Notes: generated by a model from the letters alone, not told the origin. A DNA stretch of 56,058 nt from a virus (IMGVR_UViG_3300030330_000815:1-56058), one strand, 5' to 3'. Shown: positions 8,927-18,179, counted from the first letter of the stretch. Translations and numbers: made by a program.

Positions 8927-11900
8927 TTAACTAAAGAACACATCACGTTCTGCCGCACGGCGTCGAACCAATCCAGCAAGTTTTTCACCGCCAGCTTTTA
9001 CAAATCCTTTGTCTTCATCAAAGAACTCTTCAGCCGCTCCTTCAACGTCACCCTGATTAAGTTTCTTCAAACCCTGACTACGAGCAATAGCACCTATGCC
9101 TACATTGTAAGCTAACGATTTAAGAGCTTCTTTCTGACCGGGAGTAACTTTTACCTTCAGCAGTTTATCAAGTTCTTTATCAAGATTATCTAAATCTTCT
9201 TGAGCAAGAGCCGAAGCTTCTTCTTCAGTTATCTCATCTGGAATAGCACGGCCAGATGTAGCGGCAGTACCATAGCCTACAGTACGAACACCAACTGAGT
9301 CGTCATAAGCCTTTTCTTCAAAACCCTCAAATTCTTTTACAAGGTCTAAAGAACTTTTATCCATTTTATCTCTTTCACTAATAGTTGGTTGACGTGAAGG
9401 CGTTCTAAAACTTTTTGCTTCACGAGCATCTGTGCCATATTCGTCAACAAGTTTTAAATCGTCCTGTATTCTTGGAACATCAGAAAGTTCATCCAAAGAA
9501 GAACCTTGTTTATCACGCTCTTGTTCATATCTGCCCTGAGCAAAATCACCTAGAATATCTAACTTCATACGCTCTTCAGGAGAAAGTGGCGTAAAAGTAG
9601 ATGTTTCTGTTTTTCCTAAAGACACTTTTGTATCTTCAAGCTCTTCACTTGGACGAATAGCAATACGCAAATCTTCTTCAGCTTCAGGCATGATAAGAGG
9701 AATCAACTCAGAAGCGCCTAGTTCTGATAGTACTTCTTTTGCTTGATCACCTACAATATTATCTTCCTGTTGATTGCGTATCTCTTGTAGCACGGCAGTA
9801 AGAGGTATTCCAGTTTGCTCTGCAATTTCTCTAATTTTATCTCCTGCTGGATAACGATCTGCTCTTGGAATATTAATTGGAGCACTATCGTCCATGCCTT
9901 CTTCGTAAGTAGCCATTGCTTCTTCAGAAGTATCAACAGTCAGTCTTCCTAGAAGAGTATCAATTTCACGAACACCCTGCGAGTAGTCATCTACTGTGCC
10001 GCCTTGAGCTAGATTTTGAGTTCTCGCTTCACGCTCTTTCATAAACAGTTCGCGCTCTTTAAGCATCGCATGAACAGCTTCAATAGCTAGTTTTGTTTCT
10101 TGATCTCGTATACTGGTTTCTCGCTTCATCTGCATGTTGCCAGCATCTTTGAGAGCACGAATACGACGATCAACTTCTCTGTCTTCTTTATCACTGATTT
10201 TAGAAGCAGCACGTAACTGAACTTCCTGCTGCTTAATAGCAAGCTCACGATTTTTAAGAGAAAGCTCTGCCGCATCTTTCGTAGCTTCAATCTGCATACC
10301 TTCGCGTTTAATGTCAAGAGACATACGCTCAAGTTCCATGCTTTGCTGTTCAAGAGTTTGAACACTATTAGCACCGCCCTGATTGGCCTGTAGAACCTGT
10401 TGAGCCGCTGCAGTAGTAAGCTCACCCATAATCTCAGGAGTAATCTCAGTATTAGTCTGCTGAAGCTGTTCCGCACCCATATCAACAAGACCACCCATCT
10501 GTTCTGCATACTGAAGAACCATATGCTCACGAATGTTAGCCTGTAGCACGGGAACAACAGTCTGCATCATCGGATTTTGACCGAGTGTCGGGTCTTGAAT
10601 GAAAGCAGACTTTACTGCAATGTGAGATGCATGATCCTGTTCTGGAAATGCTTTAATGGGCTTGCCCTGAGATGCAGCCTGAATATCCGTAATAGGATCG
10701 GCTGGCTGCGGTTGCATCGGGGCTGGCATGTACCGCTCTGGATTCTGAATGTTTGAAGCAGACAGAATACCTAGATGAACCTGTCGTAAATCGTACATTC
10801 CGGGCGGCGCTTGACTCGCCAACTGTAGCACCATTTGTGCCATAGCCAAGCGATGAGCAGCGGAGGGAATGTTAGGATCAGAAACAGGAATAACATCAAC
10901 CCTGCCATCAAAATCAGACTTAAAAATACTGGAGTCAATATTAGGAATTTGATATGGGTATACATCAGGCAGAAACTCAAAGTTTAAACGTGAAAGAATA
11001 TTAAACTCTTCACGCTGGCTATGATGTAGCCTTTTGTGTACAGCACTGAAGAACTTGGCACCTGCCTCTAGCAGAGCCATAGTCGTTCCTACTGGACCGT
11101 AGTTCGTGGCATCAGCAACAATCTGATCAGTCGTGTCTGCAAACTTTTGACCTGCAGACGTAAGAAAGCCCAGCATCTGAAACAGAACCTGTGATGGTTC
11201 TTTGTAAGGCAAAGGCACAATAGACTTTTGAAGGTCCATGCCTGTGGCTTCGACTTCACGAAACTCACCGGGAGAGATAGGATCGTTGCCACCCACAACA
11301 CGAACGCCACGAGCCTTGAATCCACCGGGAAGATTAGAGAACTGACCCGCATCTACAAGACTACGAAGCGCAGCCGTTGCAGACATTGTAAGATTGCCTA
11401 GTAGATGAATAAGGCCAAGGCCATAGAATCCAAAACCCGGAACAAACTTGTAGTGCGCGAAATAAGTTTCACGTTCGCGCCTTACATCATCTTTATTAAA
11501 ATTACGTCGTATAGCTAGAACTTGTCCGCTACTCTCTTCTACAGTGACGATGTAAGGATACGCTACGCCGTCAGGATCGTTGAACGGTTCTGGAAGATTA
11601 AGATAGCAGTGCTGTTCAAGAACAACATATTGCTGATCATAATCTTGAGAAGGTGCAAGACCCATCAGTGAGTCGATCTTCTGACCAAGCATAGACGGGT
11701 CAGGTGCCGAAGCTTGAGGAAGATCAATGTCTCGATACATGCCCACCGAAATTTCTTTTCGCAGTTCGTTGGGTGATCTATAAATTACATGTGTGTAACG
11801 GTCTGCCCTTTTCAAATCGGGAGCATGATAAGACACGTAAAATTGGTCTACGGGAACAAACTCAGAACAGGGACGTTCTATGCTTGGATCGTAGTAAATC

Positions 11901-12496
11901 TTTTTAAACGCAGAACCTACAAGCGGTAGGTGAAACAACATACGTTCAAATTCATCGAAGTACTCGCTGATCTGATCCGTAAGCTGATAGTTCATGAACT
12001 GTTGTACACGAGTTGCCTGTGCTTCCTTTTGAGGATCGGCAGAGCCAACTATCTGTGTACGTACTGGCCCACCCGGAGGAAACAGTTCAATAGATGCTTT
12101 ACTTTGAAACTTGATTGCTGATTCAATAATCAACGGAGAAACTGCAGTGCAAGCGCCTTCGAAAGGTTCAGTAGTTTCCTGCAGCTTCAAGCCAAGCAGA
12201 TCGAATCCACGTTCAAAAGTGCTTTCCCACTCTCCACGCGAATCACGATCTGCTTCAAACTGTTCGCAAACCATGCTGCCAATTTCTTGCAGATCATTAT
12301 CATCAAGATATTCTGCAAGGTTGGCATAGTGATCTTCTTCAACAAGAGCAAGTGCGGCCATATCCTCACTTAGCTCTACGCCTTCTAGTTCACCGTCTTC
12401 TATTTCAATGTCTATTTCAAGATCAGCGCCATCATCGCTGATACTATCATCTAAGCCACCGGGAAGAACTTCAAATGGATTGCGTTCTACAGCCAT
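8927..12496 (-). CDS. Portal protein with long acidic linker and C-terminal GH24 lysozyme
   Basis: aa ~55-650 portal motifs (PFEGAC, RV..FMNYQL, GSAFKK.YYD, GFGFYG.GL, PLPYKEPS, DV.PVSDPN); aa ~1045-1189 lysozyme EGFEEKAYDDSVGVRTVGYG..GLVRRRAAE. Confidence 0.9.
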   Translation of the reverse strand: MAVERNPFEVLPGGLDDSISDDGADLEIDIEIEDGELEGVELSEDMAALALVEEDHYANLAEYLDDNDLQEIGSMVCEQFEADRDSRGEWESTFERGFDLLGLKLQETTEPFEGACTAVSPLIIESAIKFQSKASIELFPPGGPVRTQIVGSADPQKEAQATRVQQFMNYQLTDQISEYFDEFERMLFHLPLVGSAFKKIYYDPSIERPCSEFVPVDQFYVSYHAPDLKRADRYTHVIYRSPNELRKEISVGMYRDIDLPQASAPDPSMLGQKIDSLMGLAPSQDYDQQYVVLEQHCYLNLPEPFNDPDGVAYPYIVTVEESSGQVLAIRRNFNKDDVRRERETYFAHYKFVPGFGFYGLGLIHLLGNLTMSATAALRSLVDAGQFSNLPGGFKARGVRVVGGNDPISPGEFREVEATGMDLQKSIVPLPYKEPSQVLFQMLGFLTSAGQKFADTTDQIVADATNYGPVGTTMALLEAGAKFFSAVHKRLHHSQREEFNILSRLNFEFLPDVYPYQIPNIDSSIFKSDFDGRVDVIPVSDPNIPSAAHRLAMAQMVLQLASQAPPGMYDLRQVHLGILSASNIQNPERYMPAPMQPQPADPITDIQAASQGKPIKAFPEQDHASHIAVKSAFIQDPTLGQNPMMQTVVPVLQANIREHMVLQYAEQMGGLVDMGAEQLQQTNTEITPEIMGELTTAAAQQVLQANQGGANSVQTLEQQSMELERMSLDIKREGMQIEATKDAAELSLKNRELAIKQQEVQLRAASKISDKEDREVDRRIRALKDAGNMQMKRETSIRDQETKLAIEAVHAMLKERELFMKEREARTQNLAQGGTVDDYSQGVREIDTLLGRLTVDTSEEAMATYEEGMDDSAPINIPRADRYPAGDKIREIAEQTGIPLTAVLQEIRNQQEDNIVGDQAKEVLSELGASELIPLIMPEAEEDLRIAIRPSEELEDTKVSLGKTETSTFTPLSPEERMKLDILGDFAQGRYEQERDKQGSSLDELSDVPRIQDDLKLVDEYGTDAREAKSFRTPSRQPTISERDKMDKSSLDLVKEFEGFEEKAYDDSVGVRTVGYGTAATSGRAIPDEITEEEASALAQEDLDNLDKELDKLLKVKVTPGQKEALKSLAYNVGIGAIARSQGLKKLNQGDVEGAAEEFFDEDKGFVKAGGEKLAGLVRRRAAERDVFFS

Positions 12497-12507
12497 TTTA
12501 TTTCTTT

Positions 12508-12774
12508 CTACTTTCGATTATAACGAGCTTTACCGTAGCCCATAGGAACTTTACCACCTGCAGCCATACGAGCACCACCAGTTCCCGTATTTTTTGACAT
12601 AGCAGCAAGTTCTTTTTCTAATTGTTTTATTTCTTCTTCTTTATCTTTGTCGCCTTGCATTCCTTTATAGATCATGCCGGGAAGCATACCTACAGCAAAG
12701 CCCTTCATATCATCGGGAAGCCTGCCTGCAACCGCTGGAATTACTCCCATAAAATCTGTTTTTTTAATTCCCAT
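12508..12774 (-). CDS. Small late protein with MAxGG..GYGKA tail
   Basis: C-terminus MAAGGKVPMGYGKARYNRK shared in pattern with neighbours. Confidence 0.7.
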   Translation of the reverse strand: MGIKKTDFMGVIPAVAGRLPDDMKGFAVGMLPGMIYKGMQGDKDKEEEIKQLEKELAAMSKNTGTGGARMAAGGKVPMGYGKARYNRK

Positions 12775-12779
12775 AGCTA

Positions 12780-13034
12780 TTATCCTTTACGAGCTTTACC
12801 GTAGCCTTGTCCTGTAGGACGACCGCATACTGCACCGCCGTGAGCCATGCCGATATCTTTATAGTCAAAAGCATTCTTTTCTTTTTTCTTCTTGCCTTTG
12901 CCTTTAAGCTTTTTAATATTACGTTCAAGCTGAAGCATCTCATTGCCTTGTTTTGCCTGACGTTCCATAAACCGACGCTCTTCTTCAGGAGTCATAGCAG
13001 TACTGGAGCTAAACATTTCTCGCATGTCAGCCAT
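12780..13034 (-). CDS. Small late protein with MAxGG..GYGKA tail
   Basis: KEKNAFDY..MAHGGAV..GYGKARKG; AAGGA RBS. Confidence 0.7.
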   Translation of the reverse strand: MADMREMFSSSTAMTPEEERRFMERQAKQGNEMLQLERNIKKLKGKGKKKKEKNAFDYKDIGMAHGGAVCGRPTGQGYGKARKG

Positions 13035-13050
13035 AATATATTTCCTTATT

Positions 13051-13416
13051 TTAAATTAATTTATCACTGTAAGTAGCTTTACCGAAACCGCGTTGTGCTT
13101 TTCCTACACCCCGTGCTGCACCGCCGTGAGCCATTTGTTTTATTTCTTCTTCACCGACATGTACATGTTCGTAATAGTCAAAAGCATTCTTTTCTTTAAT
13201 AGCTTGATCGATAGCTTCATCTGCAATCCGTTGTTCCATCTCATAACCAGCCATGCCCTTATCGCCATATTTATTCTTTGCTTGCTGTTTTCTTCGGGCT
13301 GCTTCTCTATTACTCATTGATCGCAGACCTCTGGAGCTTCTTGGTCTTTTTGGACCTTCAGATAAACCTTTACTTGACATTTTCTTAGCTTTAGCAAATT
13401 TCTTTTTGTCAGCCAT
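13051..13416 (-). CDS. Small late protein with MAxGG..GFGKA tail
   Basis: KEKNAFDY..MAHGGAA..GFGKA; AAGGA RBS. Confidence 0.7.
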   Translation of the reverse strand: MADKKKFAKAKKMSSKGLSEGPKRPRSSRGLRSMSNREAARRKQQAKNKYGDKGMAGYEMEQRIADEAIDQAIKEKNAFDYYEHVHVGEEEIKQMAHGGAARGVGKAQRGFGKATYSDKLI

Positions 13417-13436
13417 GTGACACTTCCTTTATTTAA

Positions 13437-14987
13437 TTAATTAGAACTCGCAAAACTCCAATATCCTTTTCTTGGAGATCGATATACATCTTCATCTTCT
13501 TCGAAGTCAGGATCATTTGGGTGTTCTACTTTCCAACTGTCCCTCATATATAGCACAGCCATTACCATCGCATCAACCTGATCATCGTGGCGGCTATGTG
13601 GAAAACTTGAAGCTTCTTCCAGCAAAGTCATAGACCAGCTTTTCATAAGCGGTAGCCAAACGCGACCTGCCTCAAGAAAAGGAGTTATCGCATTCGCTCT
13701 ACTTACTTTATCACGATCTGGTGTATATTCCAAAACAGGAAGACCCGCTCTGCGTAAATCCTGTATCAGAGACTGACCGCTAGCTTTCTTTTCTATCATG
13801 ATAACATCTGGCTGATGTTTATCATATTCATCTTGAGCACGAGCACGTAGCTCTGGATACTCAAATCTGTCTCGCACATTACCAAGAAGAATAATATGTG
13901 GAACCCACATCTCTACACCACGACTGTCTGTCTCCAGTGTTTCAAATATTCCCCATGTCTGCATCACAGAGTAGTCAGCCGTTGTCTTTGTAGAAAAGGC
14001 TGTATCAAAAGTCTGAACAATAAAGTCACATGGTGGAGGTGACTCTTCGTTCCAACTGCGAAACCATTCACGCTTCATGATTCCGCCTTCAGCCGGAACC
14101 GGATTCTGCATGTACAACGATTCCCAATAACGAGAACCGTTATGTCTTTTTATTTCTGTTTCATCTGCTTTTAATACGTTATCAGGCTTCCATTCTGGAA
14201 AGTAAGATGATCCTACTGGAAGATTTAAAAGCTTTGATGCGTTTTCATCCAGCCACGCTGGTATCTTGATAACTTCCCACGGATCAAGATTAGTATCGTT
14301 ATTGTCTGCTTTTTCTTCTGCAGCCAGAAGCCAGCCACATATATCATCTTCATGATAACGAGTATTAATGATAACAACTGCACCATTGGGCATTAAACGA
14401 GTGCGTAGACCTGCAGGATACCACTCCTTAATATATCTACGACCCGCCTCACTAAATGCATCTTCTTCCGACATAACGTCATCAAGCAGTGCAACGTGTG
14501 CGCCACGTCCAGCAATCTGTGTTCTTACACCCGCTGCTACATATACACCATTCTGATTGGTCTGCCACTTACCTGCTGCACGTACGTCAGAGCGCAGCGT
14601 AACTTCTGGAAATATTAGTTTAAATATTTCAGAATTAACCACATCTCGAACAGAACGGCCAAAATCACTAGCAAGCTGGTCAGAATGAGAGACTGAAAGT
14701 ATTTCATGATTAGAGTGTCTGCCTATGTACCATGCAGGAAAAAGCTTAGAACAAATAACAGATTTACTGGAACGTGGTGGTAGAAACACCATCAGTCTTT
14801 TAACTGATCCTTCTTCTACCTGTTGAAGCTTGTTACATATTAATTCAATGTGCCGACCCATCTTAAAGTCAGCAACTAGCTGCGGTGCAACAAGACGAAC
14901 AAAAGTAAGAAAGTCATTACGAGCATTGCCTACAACAAGCTCAAACATTGCATCTCTTGCTTGAATCTGATCAGCGGATGCTAGCAC
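13437..14987 (-). CDS. terL: Terminase large subunit
   Basis: Walker A PPRSSKS, Walker B LLDD, TRYHEDD, nuclease DTA..ADYS, IEKKASG, HDDQVDA. Confidence 0.95.
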   Translation of the reverse strand: MLASADQIQARDAMFELVVGNARNDFLTFVRLVAPQLVADFKMGRHIELICNKLQQVEEGSVKRLMVFLPPRSSKSVICSKLFPAWYIGRHSNHEILSVSHSDQLASDFGRSVRDVVNSEIFKLIFPEVTLRSDVRAAGKWQTNQNGVYVAAGVRTQIAGRGAHVALLDDVMSEEDAFSEAGRRYIKEWYPAGLRTRLMPNGAVVIINTRYHEDDICGWLLAAEEKADNNDTNLDPWEVIKIPAWLDENASKLLNLPVGSSYFPEWKPDNVLKADETEIKRHNGSRYWESLYMQNPVPAEGGIMKREWFRSWNEESPPPCDFIVQTFDTAFSTKTTADYSVMQTWGIFETLETDSRGVEMWVPHIILLGNVRDRFEYPELRARAQDEYDKHQPDVIMIEKKASGQSLIQDLRRAGLPVLEYTPDRDKVSRANAITPFLEAGRVWLPLMKSWSMTLLEEASSFPHSRHDDQVDAMVMAVLYMRDSWKVEHPNDPDFEEDEDVYRSPRKGYWSFASSN

Positions 14988-15322
14988 TACTGTACTTTGT
15001 GATTAGAGCGTTGAAGCAATTCTTTTTCGTAAAGAGTGTTAAACAGATCAAACAAACCTACCGCTATGTTAGCAGCCTTGTCTCTTGTTTCATTCATCTC
15101 AGGATCAGGATTTCTAAACGAAGGATGACTGCAAATCTGACAGTGCCAAATCTCTATCATGTACTGAACACGATCCATAGCCTGTTTGTGTCCAAACGTG
15201 CCTACTGAGTGCTCACCCGGAGAATACTCTAATCTTCCTGAAAAAGAACTGGTGGTGTTATAAGGATTATCATCATCAAGAGGATTTATTCTTATAAAAT
15301 CTTTAAACTCTTCTACATTCAT
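14987..15322 (-). CDS. Hypothetical protein
   Basis: ORF fills gap between terS and terL with 1-nt overlap. Confidence 0.6.
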   Translation of the reverse strand: MNVEEFKDFIRINPLDDDNPYNTTSSFSGRLEYSPGEHSVGTFGHKQAMDRVQYMIEIWHCQICSHPSFRNPDPEMNETRDKAANIAVGLFDLFNTLYEKELLQRSNHKVQ

Positions 15323-15333
15323 ATCAGAGCAGC

Positions 15334-16068
15334 CTACTCTTCTTTTCCACCTGATATAACCTTTAACCCAGCTATCTCTGCTAATTTTGCTATATCCTTT
15401 TCAACTGCATCTTTGTCTGTGTCGTTAGAAAAGGAAGACATTTTAATTTTACTTTCAGTACGATCCACAAACATACCAAGATGTTTTGCAACTGCTTCTA
15501 TACTTCTATTAGCGTTCGTATAGTCACCATTATCCAGTGCATGTTTATACACTTCATCTAATCGATGCAGAACGTGATCAGCCGACCAAGCCATACGATC
15601 AATAGCTTCATCTCTCAAATCATTGATACGCTGCTTAATCTTTTCTTGTGCAAACACACGAGAAGCTCTCTGCCTGTTTTCTCCATCAGTGTCTGCAAGA
15701 GCATAACCCGCTGCCTTGTAAGCCGTAAGCGTGTCACCCGTAGCAAGATACTCCATACAGAACTTTTCCTGCTTCGGTGACATTCCCGCCATGAACTCAC
15801 CCTTTTTAAACTTGCGTCCTTTTTCAGGCCTTTCGAGCATTTCCTTTTCCTCTGAAGACAAAGAATTATCTTTCATTTTCTTATTATAAGCACGAACTTC
15901 TTTTTGAGCAAGACGTACATTCTGTCTTCTCTTATATTCTTTTCTCATTTCAGCTAGATCACGTCCTGCATAGTTTGTTGCGCGTTGAGACGCTAGAAGA
16001 CAAATCTTATCTTTTAATTCTTTATCAGATAGTCTTCCATACAGAACATGTGGAGGAGATTGAGTCAT
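15334..16068 (-). CDS. terS: Terminase small subunit with N-terminal extension
   Basis: MSPKQEKFC.EYL..AY.AAGY..ASR, ..A..AKHLGMF motifs; first gene of late arm. Confidence 0.8.
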   Translation of the reverse strand: MTQSPPHVLYGRLSDKELKDKICLLASQRATNYAGRDLAEMRKEYKRRQNVRLAQKEVRAYNKKMKDNSLSSEEKEMLERPEKGRKFKKGEFMAGMSPKQEKFCMEYLATGDTLTAYKAAGYALADTDGENRQRASRVFAQEKIKQRINDLRDEAIDRMAWSADHVLHRLDEVYKHALDNGDYTNANRSIEAVAKHLGMFVDRTESKIKMSSFSNDTDKDAVEKDIAKLAEIAGLKVISGGKEE

Positions 16069-16241
16069 ATGTACATATTAGATTCATTAGATTCAGGTTG
16101 AATAGATTTAAGAAATAAAAAGAAAAATAAAATCAGATTCAATATTAATCTATATTAATCTAAGCTGCTTCAAATCAAATACAAGATTAGAATATCATAT
16201 TTTTAAAATTTACGCAACTGTGGCAAATATGCAACAGGTTT

Positions 16242-16278
16242 CTTACCGGTCCCACAGTGGGGAAGCAGATAGATACAG
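16242..16278 (+). repeat. 37-bp long-range inverted repeat, copy A
   Basis: CTTACCGGTCCCACAGTGGGGAAGCAGATAGATACAG matches reverse complement of 24403-24439 at 34/37. Confidence 0.9.
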
Positions 16279-16597
16279 TATGTACGTTTAAGTGCGATAT
16301 AGGTATCCTGATTTTAAAACAAGGGGGCCATTTTGAAATGCTGGTCATTTTGGGTGGGTGGGTTTTCTCTCTGATAAAAACAGTGGCAGTTTTTTCTGCC
16401 CCCAGTTCCCCTTTCCTCCTCATGTCATTTTCTTCTATACAATTCCTCTAAAGATGTTACATTAATAATTGCCAAGCGGGGAAGGGGGCTACCCTTTCGG
16501 TTCAGAAGGCTTAAAACCGCAAGCCCGGAGCTAAACACGATCCTCCCGGTGAACGACAAAAAAAGATTGTGTATCATTTTCCATACGGAGAAAGAAG

Positions 16598-16855
16598 ATG
16601 AAAACAGTATTCGCAGTACTTATGGTTTTGAGCGGGTTTCTTATTGTGCACGTCATGCACTTGTATAATCCTGATGATCTACCGGGATACGTTGGCTACG
16701 CAGTAGGAGCCGTGCTGTCAATCATGGGCATATTTGCTTCGATGGTAGGTGCTCTGTTACTCAGCAATAGAATAACGATAATCATCGGGAGAACAAGTAA
16801 ATCCAAAGTTAGCACGGGTCGATCCGCTCGTTTTGATGGTTGTTCTAATTTTTAA
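16598..16855 (+). CDS. Small two-TM membrane protein with captured C-terminus
   Basis: GGAG RBS, two hydrophobic segments, followed by terminator. Confidence 0.6.
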   Translation: MKTVFAVLMVLSGFLIVHVMHLYNPDDLPGYVGYAVGAVLSIMGIFASMVGALLLSNRITIIIGRTSKSKVSTGRSARFDGCSNF

Positions 16856-16861
16856 CTCTAA
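16794..16861 (+). repeat. 68-bp long-range inverted repeat, copy B
   Basis: 67/68 identical to reverse complement of 6493-6560. Confidence 0.95.
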
Positions 16862-16871
16862 ACTGAAGATA

Positions 16872-16909
16872 GGGGGAGGAGCTTCGGCTCCTCTCTCTTT
16901 TTTTCTTTT
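16872..16909 (+). terminator. Rho-independent terminator
   Basis: GGGAGGAGC-TTCG-GCTCCTCTC followed by T tract. Confidence 0.85.
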
Positions 16910-17030
16910 ATGCGTATGTGAATGCACCGACCAACAGTTTCTGTGGTGGTAGTAGATGCCGACACGCCAAAATAAAACAGCAGCGGCGGAAGGGGTCAGG
17001 ATCAACTGATCCCAACCCCAGCCCTACTTT

Positions 17031-17219
17031 TTACTTGACAACGTTCATGTTGATCTTGACCGTTCCCAGTTCGGGCGCGCCGTCCACGGTGGACATCACG
17101 AATCCGTTGGTGCTGGCGACCACCTTCGTCTTGCCAGACTTGGAATCCGGCAGCGCGGCGAGATCGTTTGCCTTAACGCGGATAACGAGATCACCAGACT
17201 TCTTATCGAACTTCAACAT
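17031..17219 (-). CDS. 62-aa protein, paralog 1 (SKSGKT.VVASTNGF family)
   Basis: 49/62 identical to 17470-17658; AAGGA RBS; own promoter. Confidence 0.85.
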   Translation of the reverse strand: MLKFDKKSGDLVIRVKANDLAALPDSKSGKTKVVASTNGFVMSTVDGAPELGTVKINMNVVK

Positions 17220-17273
17220 AACTTTTTCCTTATATTTAAGAACGTTGACCGGACCACCCGATCAACTGCAACC

Positions 17274-17301
17274 ACCATAGCACACTGCGGCTGGGCGTCA
17301 A
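17274..17301 (-). promoter_or_regulatory. Sigma70-type promoter of cassette 1
   Basis: TTGACG-N16-TATGGT with AT-rich upstream tract. Confidence 0.65.
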
Positions 17302-17469
17302 GAAAAAAATGCAATCCACGCGGAATAATGCACAGGCACACGCCCAGACACGCACCAGACACCGACACCTGTTGTGGCATCGGAGGTCCGTTAGATGCCG
17401 ACACGCTGAAAAGTTAGAGACGGCAGAAGAGGACAGGATCAACTGATCCCATCCTCTTCCTAGCTGTTT

Positions 17470-17658
17470 CTATTTCACAGCGTTGAGATTGATTTTAACA
17501 ACTCCCAGTTCAGGCGCTCCGTCGATGGTGGTCTGAACAAAACCATTGGTACTGGCGACGACATGCGTCTTCCCAGATTTCGATAAAGGCAAATCAGTCA
17601 GATCATTGGCCTTCAGTCTGATAACCAGATCGCCAGTTTTTTTGTCAAATTTAATCAT
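17470..17658 (-). CDS. 62-aa protein, paralog 2
   Basis: 49/62 identical to 17031-17219; AAGGA RBS; own promoter. Confidence 0.85.
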   Translation of the reverse strand: MIKFDKKTGDLVIRLKANDLTDLPLSKSGKTHVVASTNGFVQTTIDGAPELGVVKINLNAVK

Positions 17659-17712
17659 AATTTCTTCCTTCTCTTTGTGAGTGTTGGCCGAACCGCTCGA
17701 CCAACTGCACCC

Positions 17713-17740
17713 ATACTAGCAGCTTTCGCTGCCCAGTCAA
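17713..17740 (-). promoter_or_regulatory. Sigma70-type promoter of cassette 2
   Basis: TTGACT-N16-TAGTAT at the same position as in cassette 1. Confidence 0.65.
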
Positions 17741-17844
17741 GTTTTATTTGTCTTCATGGCAGCTTCAGGTGAACCGTCCACCAGACACCGACGCATGAGA
17801 TAGCGTTAGCCGTGCGTTAGACGCCGACACGCTGAGATTGGTGC

Positions 17845-17921
17845 AAAATAGTTCTTGACTGTGACATTTTTGCAACAGATTACAATGAAAAATAATGCTT
17901 GACAGTTGTATTTATGCAACA
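17845..17921 (+). repeat. Imperfect 33-bp direct repeat pair
   Basis: AAAATAGTTCTTGACTGTGACATTTTTGCAACA / AAAATAATGCTTGACAGTTGTATTTATGCAACA. Confidence 0.7.
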
Positions 17922-18117
17922 TTCCCCCAGAAGTCCTCTATATGATGCAGTTTTCTCTCTGAGAAATTTGTTTTTATTCTGTCGTCAACCCCTCACTATT
18001 CCCCCAAATATCCCTCATACATTCTTATGATGAGACAATTTCAATTCTAATATTTTCATTTGAAAAGAAATAGATATCTCCTTCATTCAATAAACAGCTT
18101 CTCCTAGCTCAGGGCGC

Positions 18118-18179
18118 TGCGGCATTGTGTCGCACCCTGCAAGTTTCGAATTGACAAGTTCGCCTTGCCGGTGCAGAAT
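18118..18179 (+). promoter_or_regulatory. Early sigma70 promoter with upstream RegA/PrrA/RegR-type box
   Basis: TGCGGC-N5-GTCGCA (18118-18134), then TTGACA-N17-CAGAAT (18151-18179). Confidence 0.6.

Noticed and set aside
6493-16861. 68-bp repeat as a diversity-generating retroelement TR/VR pair (sole mismatch is at an A)
   Set aside because: No reverse transcriptase in the genome, and one mismatch is uninformative.
16187-17442. ORFs 16187-16423, 16257-16451, 16757-17005, 16918-17280, 17213-17404, 17236-17442
   Set aside because: No convincing RBS; they overlap promoters, terminators or real genes.
16950-17835. TAGAYGCCGACACGC repeats as a CRISPR array or integron
   Set aside because: Only 15 bp, about 430-bp spacing with whole genes between; no cas genes or integrase.
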